From the NCBI GenBank assembly GCA_041694815.1, contig JBGFSC010000035.1:1-64000 (forward strand): a stretch of 64,000 nt of DNA, read 5' to 3'. Each line of letters opens with the position of its first letter. Positions within the stretch are counted from its first letter, which is position 1. The translations under genes and the position numbers were made by a program. This stretch comes from Elusimicrobiota bacterium. GTDB taxonomy: Bacteria; Elusimicrobiota; Elusimicrobia; UBA1565; JACRDR01. This document shows, piece by piece, positions 47,313-55,273 of this stretch. The notes beneath the pieces were generated by a model, which had not been told where the DNA came from, searched no databases, and saw nothing but the letters and a program-made list of their open reading frames with translations.

Positions 47313-47530
47313 CGCCACGCCTGGGCAGCGTCAAGCCTAAGGAATTCATAAGAAAACTTAAGCGCGCTGGTTTTTCCGTTGACCATCAAACCGGCAGCCA
47401 TGCCGTTCTGCTCCGTGCGGATGGCATCCGTCTAGTCGTGCCGGTCCATGCCAGAGAGATGAAGCGAGGACTGCTTATATCTCTCCTGAAACAAGCAGGC
47501 CTTACAGCCGAGGCCTTTCAGGCGCTCTGA
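47309..47530 (+). CDS. hicA: HicA family mRNA interferase toxin
   Basis: L.RAGF...QTGSH, VVPVH, G.L.S.LKQAGL. TTG start overlaps the hicB stop. Confidence 0.92.
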   Translation: MTPRLGSVKPKEFIRKLKRAGFSVDHQTGSHAVLLRADGIRLVVPVHAREMKRGLLISLLKQAGLTAEAFQAL

Positions 47531-48516
47531 GTCGTTAGCGTCAAAACGGCCGCTCCGTCCAGCGTCCCCTCACGCACGGCTGAGAGCGCCTCGTTGGCGC
47601 GATCGAGCGCGAAAGGAGTGGCGGCGACGCGAAGGCGCAGTCGGCCGGCCAGCTCGAGGAATTCGCGCCCGTCCCGGCGGGTCAGGTTGGCCACCGATTG
47701 GACCCTTCGCTCGCCCCAGAGCAGCGCATAAGGGAAAGGCGGGATATCGCTCATGTGGATGCCGGCGCAGACCACGGCTCCCCCGGGCGCCAAGGCCTTA
47801 AGGGCCGCCGGGATCAACGAGCCTACGGGGGCGAAGACGATCGCCGCCTCGAGCGGCTCCGGTGGGGCCGAGTTGGAATCGCCCGCCCACTCGGCGCCGA
47901 GAGAGCGCGCGAATTCCTGGCCTTTTCTGTCACCGGGGCGCGTGAACACGTGGCAGCGCCTGCCCTGGAAACGGGCCACCTGGATCAGGATGTGGGCCGA
48001 GGCCCCGAATCCGTAGAACCCCAGGGTCTCGGCCTCGCCGGCCAGGCGCAGGGCGCGGTAGCCGATCATTCCGGCGCAAAGAAGCGGCGCGGCGCTTAAG
48101 TCGTTGTAGCCTTGGGGGATGGGAAAGCAATAACGGCTGTCCGCGACCGCGAATTCGGCGTAGCCGCCGTCGATTTGGTACCCGGTGAAGCGGGCCCGGG
48201 GACAGAGGTTTTCCCTCTCGCTTAAACAGTAACGGCATTCCCCGCAGGAAAAGCCCAACCATGGGACGCCGACGCGCTGGCCGGGAGCGAAGCCTTCGCT
48301 CCCCTCGCCCAGGGCTTCCACGGTCCCCACGATCTGATGTCCCAGCACCAAGGGCCGTTTCGGATTCTCCAGCTCGCCGTCGGCGATGTGAAGGTCCGTG
48401 CGGCACACCCCGCAGGCGCGCACGCGGATCAAAAGCTGACGTTCGCGCGGCACGGGCCGCGGAAGCTTTCGGGCCGCGAGCCTGCTCCCGGGCTTTTCCA
48501 ACAGCATCGTTCTCAT
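47518..48516 (-). CDS. Zinc-dependent alcohol dehydrogenase family protein
   Basis: CGVCRTDLH, GHQIVG, CGEC.YC....ENLC, PLLCAG and YGFGASA. The start could be the GTG at 48522. Confidence 0.94.
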   Translation of the reverse strand: MRTMLLEKPGSRLAARKLPRPVPRERQLLIRVRACGVCRTDLHIADGELENPKRPLVLGHQIVGTVEALGEGSEGFAPGQRVGVPWLGFSCGECRYCLSERENLCPRARFTGYQIDGGYAEFAVADSRYCFPIPQGYNDLSAAPLLCAGMIGYRALRLAGEAETLGFYGFGASAHILIQVARFQGRRCHVFTRPGDRKGQEFARSLGAEWAGDSNSAPPEPLEAAIVFAPVGSLIPAALKALAPGGAVVCAGIHMSDIPPFPYALLWGERRVQSVANLTRRDGREFLELAGRLRLRVAATPFALDRANEALSAVREGTLDGAAVLTLTTQSA

Positions 48517-48605
48517 GCTCACGGATGAATCCCACCTTTACTATAATGGCTCGGTATGAGCTTCGAGTGGCCGCATTCTAACAGTTTCGCCTATCCCGAG
48601 GAGAC

Positions 48606-51116
48606 ATGGAAAAACTTCTAAACGATATCGAACTCAAGGACGAATGCGTCCTGCACCCTCCTGAACTGGCGCGCTTTGACCGCGGTGATTTAAGCGTATT
48701 CCTCGATGGCGAATCCCCGAATTGGATCGCTCTCGACGGGCGCGGCGCGGCGCTTTTTAAGCTCTTCGACGGCCGGCGCGCTCTCGGGGAGATCCGTCGC
48801 CTGCACGGGAACTCGAGCGGCGCCGACGCGGGGAAATCATGGCTCGACGTGCATTCCTTCGCCCGGGAGCTGCTGCGCGCGGGGATGCTTTCCTTCTCCC
48901 CCGTCTCGCGCCCGGGCTACGCGGGCCGGGCCGCGCATCTAACACCCAGCCGCCTTTCGGAATTCTGGCTGCACCTGCTGCAAACCTGCAACATCGCCTG
49001 CACGCATTGCCTGGTCTCCTCCGGACCTTCCGGGGAAAAAGGCCCTGAGGCTTCCTTTATAAAAGGCCTAATCGATCAGGCCCATGCCCTGGGGGCGCGC
49101 CGGTTTTACTTCACGGGAGGAGAGCCCTTCGCCCGGGAGGATATCCTCGAGCTCATCGGCCATGCCGCGGGGACGAAGGAGTCGGAACTCGTGTTGATGA
49201 CGAATGCGACGCTGCTCACGCCGCAGCGCCTGGCCAAGCTCGAGGGCTTAGGCAAGGAGCGGATCAAGTTCCAGGTCAGCCTTGACGGGGCGACGGGCGC
49301 CGTCAACGACGCCATCCGGGGGAAGGGCGTTTTTGAGAAGGCCTCGGCGGGCCTACGCGCGCTTTCTAAGCTCGGCTTCGACTGCTCGTTGACCGCCGTC
49401 GTCACCAGCGCGAACCTTCGGGACCTTCGGGGCCTGCCGGAATTAGCCGAGCGGCTCTTTGCCAGGTCGCTGCACCTCATGTGGGCGCACAAGCGCGGGC
49501 GCATCCTCGAGGAGGGCGGGGCCTTCCCGTCCAATCCCCAACTGCTGGAGCTCGCGCGCGCTCTCCGCGGCGAATGCCGGCGCCGCGGGCTAATGTTCGA
49601 CAACTCGGAGTCGCTGCGCCGCCGGGCCGACGGCAGGCCGGGGGTCAAGAACGATCTCGGCAACCAATGCTGGCAGAGCCTCTGCCTCTACCGGGACGGG
49701 AAGGTGTACCCGTCGGCGGCGATGGCCGGCGAGGCCCCGCTGGAGTTGGGCGACGCCCGCTGGCTTCCCCTCGAGTCGATATGGCTAGACAGCCCGACGG
49801 CGCGGCGCTTCCGGGAAGCGAGCGTGGTGGACGCCTCCGATCCTTTCCGTTTCCTGAGCGGAGGCGGAGACATCGAGCATTCCTACTTCTTTTCCGCCAA
49901 CGGCGGCCCGGGCTCCTTGGTCGGGCACGATCCCTATTATGGGCTGATCGTCGAGCTGATGAAAGACGAGATCTTCGACATGGCGGAGCAGGCCAAGTCG
50001 CGCTTCAACGCCCGTTCGGGGCTGAGGCCCCCCGTCGTGCTGCGGGCCATGGGAGAGGGCGCTGTGGGCTGCTCGAGCGACGCCTTGGATTGGCTGGGCG
50101 AGGGCGGCAAGCCGGAGGTCGTGCGGCTGACGCATTCCAACTGCGTGCTCTCCTTCGACGTCGAAAGGCCCTACCGCGTCGTCCGGCAATTCTACGCGGG
50201 CGCCGCGCTCAAGCCCAAGGAGGATCTCTGCTGTCCGGTGAAATACGCCGAGGACGAGGTCGGGCATATCCCCAAGGACGTGCTCGAGCGCTTCTACGGC
50301 TGCGGCTCGCCGGTCTCTCAAGCGGGGCTACGCTACGGTGAGACCGCCTTGGACCTGGGGTCGGGCGCCGGCATTGACTGCTTCATCGCGGCAAAGAAGG
50401 TCGGCCCGAAGGGCAAGGTGATCGGCATCGACATGACAGGCGAGATGCTGGAGGTGGCCAGGCGCTGCCAGAGGCAGGTGGCGGAGTCCCTCGGCTACGA
50501 CGCCGTCGAGTTCCGCGAGGGGCTCTTGGAGAAGGTGCCCGCGGCGGACCGGAGCGTCGATCTGGTCACCTCCAACTGCGTGATCAACCTCTCCCCCGAC
50601 AAGCGGAAGGTATTCGCCGAGATATGGCGCGTGCTCAAGGACCACGGGCGCATGCTCGTAGCCGACATCGTTTCCGATCGGCCCGTGCCGCTCAACCTAC
50701 AGGCCCACAAGGATCTCTGGGGCGAGTGCATCTCCGGCTCGCTTTCCGAACAGGAGTTCCTCTACGGCTTGGAGCGCGCCGGATTCTACGGCGTCTCGGT
50801 GCTCAAGCGCGACTTTTGGAAGGAAGTCGAGGGTTATCGATTCTATTCCCTGACGGTGCGGGGATACAAATTCGAGAAGAAGGCGGGCTGCCGCTTCCTC
50901 GGGCAGGCGGCCGTCTACCTCGGGCCCCACAAGGCGATCATCGACGAGGAGGGGCATCTCTTCCCCCGCTACGAGCCCGTCGAGGTCTGCACCGACACGG
51001 CGGCCAAACTCTCGCGCCCTCCCTACGCGGGCCAATTCCTGATCTCCGGGACTTCCTCACCCCAAGCCCCGGAGCCAGAGCAGGCCTGCTGCGCGCCGGG
51101 AGGGGCCTGCTGCTAA
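48606..51116 (+). CDS. Radical SAM domain fused to an ArsM/AS3MT-like methyltransferase
   Basis: N-terminal PqqD/RRE-like segment, [14 protein letters not shown] and QVSLDG. C-terminal [38 protein letters not shown] and a CC...CC tail. Confidence 0.88.
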   Translation: MEKLLNDIELKDECVLHPPELARFDRGDLSVFLDGESPNWIALDGRGAALFKLFDGRRALGEIRRLHGNSSGADAGKSWLDVHSFARELLRAGMLSFSPVSRPGYAGRAAHLTPSRLSEFWLHLLQTCNIACTHCLVSSGPSGEKGPEASFIKGLIDQAHALGARRFYFTGGEPFAREDILELIGHAAGTKESELVLMTNATLLTPQRLAKLEGLGKERIKFQVSLDGATGAVNDAIRGKGVFEKASAGLRALSKLGFDCSLTAVVTSANLRDLRGLPELAERLFARSLHLMWAHKRGRILEEGGAFPSNPQLLELARALRGECRRRGLMFDNSESLRRRADGRPGVKNDLGNQCWQSLCLYRDGKVYPSAAMAGEAPLELGDARWLPLESIWLDSPTARRFREASVVDASDPFRFLSGGGDIEHSYFFSANGGPGSLVGHDPYYGLIVELMKDEIFDMAEQAKSRFNARSGLRPPVVLRAMGEGAVGCSSDALDWLGEGGKPEVVRLTHSNCVLSFDVERPYRVVRQFYAGAALKPKEDLCCPVKYAEDEVGHIPKDVLERFYGCGSPVSQAGLRYGETALDLGSGAGIDCFIAAKKVGPKGKVIGIDMTGEMLEVARRCQRQVAESLGYDAVEFREGLLEKVPAADRSVDLVTSNCVINLSPDKRKVFAEIWRVLKDHGRMLVADIVSDRPVPLNLQAHKDLWGECISGSLSEQEFLYGLERAGFYGVSVLKRDFWKEVEGYRFYSLTVRGYKFEKKAGCRFLGQAAVYLGPHKAIIDEEGHLFPRYEPVEVCTDTAAKLSRPPYAGQFLISGTSSPQAPEPEQACCAPGGACC

Positions 51117-51823
51117 AAAGCGAAAGAAGGGCCCTGCTCTTCGCCAAGGCTCCGGCGCCCGGCCTCGTCAAAACGAGGCTTTGCCCCCCCTTGTCGAAGG
51201 AAGAGGCCGCCGAGCTTTACCGGGCCTTCGCGCGCGACAGCCTATCGCTGCTGCTGCGGGCCCTGGATCCCGAGGAAATCCAAATCGCCTACGCCGGCGC
51301 GGACGGGGATTCGGAGCCCGGCTGGCTCCGCGGCGGGATCGCCGTGGAGCATTTCGCGCAGGAAGGGGCGGATCTCGGGGAACGGCTTCGCCGCGCCTTC
51401 GAGCGATCCCTCCGGCAGGCCAGCCTTGTTGTGATCATCGGTTCCGACACGCCTCACCTGGATCCAAGGGAAATCACCCGGGCCTTCGACGCGCTGGAGA
51501 GAAAGGATATGGTCCTGGGCCCCGCCGAGGATGGCGGGTACTATTTGATCGGACTTAAATCCCCGCAGCCGCGGCTTTTCGCCGATATTCCATGGTCGAC
51601 CGCTCGGGTTCTTGGCCTCACGCTTGAACGGGCCGAAGAGCTTCGCCTCTCCACCGAGCTTTTGCCGGCATACCGCGATATAGACACCGCCGATGATTTG
51701 AGCCAGTTAGCGGGGCTGGAAGAGACGACCCCCCTGGCATTTACCAGAAAGGTCCTGAGCGCCTTGCCGGATTTTAATTTTTCGGCCGCGGGGTCGACGC
51801 CAGGGCGTCGAAGGCGGCCTTAA
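51110..51823 (+). CDS. DUF2064 / TIGR04282 family glycosyltransferase-like protein
   Basis: FAKAP.PG.VKTRL, Q.G.DLGERL, IGSD.P, LGPAEDGGYYLIG, IPWST and DID...D. No ATG/GTG/TTG start lies near the conserved N-terminus; a CTG start lies 6 nt after GGAGG. Confidence 0.85.
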   Translation: MLKSERRALLFAKAPAPGLVKTRLCPPLSKEEAAELYRAFARDSLSLLLRALDPEEIQIAYAGADGDSEPGWLRGGIAVEHFAQEGADLGERLRRAFERSLRQASLVVIIGSDTPHLDPREITRAFDALERKDMVLGPAEDGGYYLIGLKSPQPRLFADIPWSTARVLGLTLERAEELRLSTELLPAYRDIDTADDLSQLAGLEETTPLAFTRKVLSALPDFNFSAAGSTPGRRRRP

Positions 51824-52754
51824 GGCCCTGGTGGACGGCGGCGATGTCGGCGGGCTTCCAGGAGCGGGGTTCCGCGCGCAGGAAGCTGGTCTTATCGATG
51901 CGGTTGTCGAAGCGCGCCGCCGGCAGGTAGAACACGCGGCCGTTGGAGCGCACGCTCACCGTGCCGGGCCGGGCCGCGTTCTTCTCGAGCCAGTCCATGT
52001 CGTCGCAGCCGTAATCGCGGCGCATGACCTCAGGCGGCACTCCGTGGTGCAGGATGGAGCCGGGATCGTCGGGGTCGGCCCGGGCCTCGTTCTTGCGCCG
52101 GGACTCCTCGGGGGTCACCCACACGTACAAGATCGCCGCCTTGCGCAATATCGCGGGGTCTAGCTGCGACAGGGAATAGCGGTAGCCGAGCGGGGCCGGC
52201 AGGGGCATGGAGGAGCCTTCCGGGCCTCCTCGGGCGAACTCGATGACCAAGGTGCGGCCCTCCAGGCTTTTCGGGATGTTGCGCCGCTTATCGGCCTGCA
52301 TCTGCCGCGCTTCCTTTTCGAGAGCCCGGATCAAGGCGCGCCGCGACTTGGCCGGTATCCGGGCGAGCCGGGCGGCCAGGCCCGCCTTGCGCGCCGCGGC
52401 CTCGATGCGCGAGAGCAGGCGCGCGGCCGCCGAAGCCGGCGCGCGCGCGCGCCGGGCTTTGAGATCGCGGTAATCCTCGTTGACGAGATGCACCAGAGTG
52501 CCCCAATCCCGGGGGTCCCGGAACGGGCGCTCCGGGGACTCGAAGAAGATCCCCGCATGTCCCAGGCGGGCCAATTCCTGGTCGATGCGTCGCATCGCGT
52601 GCACGTACGGGTAGTCGTCGAGCTGGGTCGTGGGGCCCAGATGGAACTGCTCCTGGCATTGTTTGGGGGAAAGATGGGCCAGGTAGCGCCTCACCTCGGA
52701 TTTTCCGGAGGCCGGAAGCGCCAGCAGCAGGACGGTGTCTAAAATCTCCTTCAC
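51774..52754 (-). CDS. Conserved-looking hypothetical P-loop protein
   Basis: N-terminal Walker-A-like LLLALPASGKSE, plus IEFARGG and ILYVWV..EESRRKN..R, suggesting an NMP-kinase-like layout. Confidence 0.75.
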   Translation of the reverse strand: MKEILDTVLLLALPASGKSEVRRYLAHLSPKQCQEQFHLGPTTQLDDYPYVHAMRRIDQELARLGHAGIFFESPERPFRDPRDWGTLVHLVNEDYRDLKARRARAPASAAARLLSRIEAAARKAGLAARLARIPAKSRRALIRALEKEARQMQADKRRNIPKSLEGRTLVIEFARGGPEGSSMPLPAPLGYRYSLSQLDPAILRKAAILYVWVTPEESRRKNEARADPDDPGSILHHGVPPEVMRRDYGCDDMDWLEKNAARPGTVSVRSNGRVFYLPAARFDNRIDKTSFLRAEPRSWKPADIAAVHQGLKAAFDALASTPRPKN

Positions 52755-52764
52755 GCCGCCTATA

Positions 52765-53640
52765 TTACTGAAAAACGACGGCGGGCGCCATGCGCCGATT
52801 CTTGAGGCATCGGCTGCCGCGCCGGTCCTCTCGGGCCTTGAGCCGGCCGGCGAGCTCCGCCGCGATCTGGGCGATCTGTCCGAAATGCGTCAGCGGCGCT
52901 TCCTCGTTGGTCACCAGCGCGATCGAGAGGCTCAGCATGGGGAAGGCGGCGTCGAAGCGGCGGGCGGCCCGTTTCGCTATCGCTTCCGCCCGCTCGGGTT
53001 CGCTGACGATCACGAAACCGTCTCCGCCCAGATGTCCCACCAGATCGCCACGGCAGCCCGGCCGCTGGGAGGCCTCGAGAAGGATGTCCGCCGTTTCCTT
53101 CAATAGGGCGTCCCCCCGGCCGAAGCCGTGGAGGCCGTTATAGCCCTTGAAATCGTCGATGTCGACGTAGAGCAGAGCCAGGCCTCCGCCCTCGCGCAGG
53201 CGGCGTTGGATATGCGCTGCGATCGTCGGCTCCCCGGGAAGCAGCGTCACCGGATTGGCCGAGAGCGAGCGGCGCTCGTTGCGCAGCAGCCATTCCACCC
53301 GGGCCGTCAATTCGAAGAGATCGAAGGGCTTGGCGACGTAGTCGTCGGCGCCGAGCTCAAAACCCCTGAGCCGGTCCGCGGGCGCGCCATGGGCCGTCAT
53401 GAGCACGATCGGGATCGTCGCCGTGGAGGGACACTCGCGCAGCTCCAAGATGAGCTGCTCGCCGCTTTCGTGCGGCAGACCCAGGTCCATGAGTATCAGG
53501 TCGGGATGCTGTGTCTTGGCGATCTCCAGGGCTTGGGCGGCGTCGGCGGCGGTCAGGACCTGGTAAGGGGATCGCTCGAAGGCGCGGCGCAGCAGCTGGC
53601 GGATCCCGGGTTCGTCTTCGGCCAACAGTATTTTGAGCAT
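52765..53640 (-). CDS. Response regulator with a degenerate GGDEF domain
   Basis: REC domain (AEDE, DL..MD, GADDY..KPF), then NPVTLLP, DIDDFK.YN..HG...GD and HLGGDGF. Confidence 0.88.
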   Translation of the reverse strand: MLKILLAEDEPGIRQLLRRAFERSPYQVLTAADAAQALEIAKTQHPDLILMDLGLPHESGEQLILELRECPSTATIPIVLMTAHGAPADRLRGFELGADDYVAKPFDLFELTARVEWLLRNERRSLSANPVTLLPGEPTIAAHIQRRLREGGGLALLYVDIDDFKGYNGLHGFGRGDALLKETADILLEASQRPGCRGDLVGHLGGDGFVIVSEPERAEAIAKRAARRFDAAFPMLSLSIALVTNEEAPLTHFGQIAQIAAELAGRLKAREDRRGSRCLKNRRMAPAVVFQ

Positions 53641-53650
53641 GCGTTCTCTC

Positions 53651-54514
53651 CTATACCCCGCAGCGGCGGTAGAGCGAATAGGCTTGCTCGTCGAGCGAGA
53701 TGAAGCGCTTGACCTCGTCCGGCGTCATCTCCGGCACCTCCTGGAGCCCGTACCAATAATGCATGCGCTCGTAGAAGGTCTTCTTGAGGAAGGGATCGGT
53801 GATGGTGGAACCGGGGTTGACCTTGATATGGGCCAGGGAGGCCTTGTTGCGCAGCTGGATGGCCCAGTAGCGGGCCTTGAGGTCGAGCATGCTTTCCTCG
53901 AGCCGGTCCACGCGCTCGGGGGCGTTCTCGCAGGAGTCCTGGGCCGGGGCGTCGCGCATGTCCACGGCCTCCTCGGGGAAATCGGGCGCTTCGACGCTGA
54001 GCTCCGGCGGCTGCACCCAGAGGGAGGAGACGACCCAGTCTTTTTCGGCCTTGTGCTCGACGGCCGCGTATACCACGCCGGTCTCGGCGTGGATAAGCCG
54101 GGCGTTGACGAGCAGCTCCTCTCCCCGGCTGACGAAGCTGCCCACGACCAGTCCCTCCACGGCGAGGATCCGGCCTAAGGCCCGCAGCGTCTTCGGGTCG
54201 ACGGCCCCGGTCTGCCCTAAACGGTGCTCCGACATCAAGCCGCGCAATTGGGAACGCTCGACCACCTGCACCTTGCCCAGCCGCACGATCTGCGTGAGCA
54301 GCTTTTCCGATATGTTCCGGCCGTCGCCGGGACGCCCCCCGTCGGCCGGCACGAAGGGAAGCACGGCCACGCGCCCCACGGAATATTGCCTAGCGGCCTG
54401 GGAGAGCTCCTTGGCCATGGATCTAAAGCCGCTGGGAAACGCGAGTTGGGGAAGGGCGAGCAAAAGGGGGAGCAAGACCGCCCGTTTCGTCATGACCGCC
54501 TCCGTCCTAATCAT
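53651..54514 (-). CDS. Exported FlgO/CsgG-like domain protein
   Basis: Signal peptide, VAVLPF, VVERSQL..L..E..L...G, LG..L.V..LV.GS and VNARLI..ETG. Confidence 0.8.
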   Translation of the reverse strand: MIRTEAVMTKRAVLLPLLLALPQLAFPSGFRSMAKELSQAARQYSVGRVAVLPFVPADGGRPGDGRNISEKLLTQIVRLGKVQVVERSQLRGLMSEHRLGQTGAVDPKTLRALGRILAVEGLVVGSFVSRGEELLVNARLIHAETGVVYAAVEHKAEKDWVVSSLWVQPPELSVEAPDFPEEAVDMRDAPAQDSCENAPERVDRLEESMLDLKARYWAIQLRNKASLAHIKVNPGSTITDPFLKKTFYERMHYWYGLQEVPEMTPDEVKRFISLDEQAYSLYRRCGV

Positions 54515-54520
54515 GCTTTT

Positions 54521-54574
54521 AGGATAGCGGGGCGGACTGTAAGCGCCTTTAAGCAGCGCTTAAATCCGGATTAA
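54521..54574 (-). promoter_or_regulatory. Triple TTAA direct-repeat box plus -10 (TATCCT)
   Basis: TTAA at 54549, 54560 and 54571 (11-bp period); 22 bp to the -10 and 6 nt to the ATG. Confidence 0.7.
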
Positions 54575-54586
54575 CGCGGGTAAGGG

Positions 54587-55273
54587 TCAAGCCTCGAACT
54601 TGTACCCGTGCCCGATGACGCTCACCAATTGCTTGGCTAGCTTGGGGCCGAGCTTCTTGCGCAGGTGGGACATGTGCACTTCGACGGTGCCGGGATCGTT
54701 GTAATCGGCCGGGTCGTATCCCCAGACCGTCTCGAGGAGATAGGGGATGCTCAGGACCCTGCCGCTCTTCTCCATCAGGGCGGCGAGTAGGTCGAATTCC
54801 TTGCGGGTGAGGCTCACGCCCCTGCCCCCCACCTTCACTACCCTCCCGGCGGGGTCGAGCTCGATGCCGCTTTTCTTGAGCTTTTTCTCCATCTGGGAGG
54901 AGGCGGAGAAGCGCCGCAGCACGGCCTGCACCCGGGCCAGCAGGATCGGCAGGGAAAAGGGCTTGAGGATGTAATCGTCGGCTCCGCCCTCGAAGCCCGA
55001 GAGTATGTCCTTTTCGGCGATCTTGCTCCCGGACATGATGATGACGGGCAGATTCGGCGCGGAGCGCTTGAGCGTGCGGCAGGTCTCGTAGCCGTTTAAG
55101 CCCGGCATCTCGGCGTCGAGGAGCACGAGGTCGGGCCTCGATTCCCGCGCCAGGATCAGGCTCTCGGAGCCGTTGTCTGTGAGCACCACCGAGAAGCCCT
55201 GGGCGCTTAAGTACTTGTTGACGACCTTGCGTACGGAGGCCTCGTCGTCGACGACCAGTATCTTATTAGGCAT
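54587..55273 (-). CDS. OmpR/PhoB family DNA-binding response regulator
   Basis: REC domain plus winged helix (LTRKEFDLL, VWG, TVEVH..HLRKKL, V.G.GYKF). Confidence 0.95.
   Translation of the reverse strand: MPNKILVVDDEASVRKVVNKYLSAQGFSVVLTDNGSESLILARESRPDLVLLDAEMPGLNGYETCRTLKRSAPNLPVIIMSGSKIAEKDILSGFEGGADDYILKPFSLPILLARVQAVLRRFSASSQMEKKLKKSGIELDPAGRVVKVGGRGVSLTRKEFDLLAALMEKSGRVLSIPYLLETVWGYDPADYNDPGTVEVHMSHLRKKLGPKLAKQLVSVIGHGYKFEA

Noticed and set aside
50624..51109. N-terminal extension of the 399-aa ORF
   Set aside because: It overlaps the methyltransferase domain in another frame and has Arg/Gly/Pro-rich off-frame composition. Family similarity starts only at about 51110.
48606..51116. 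Selenocysteine recoding in the radical SAM-methyltransferase
   Set aside because: The ORF has no in-frame TGA and ends at TAA.
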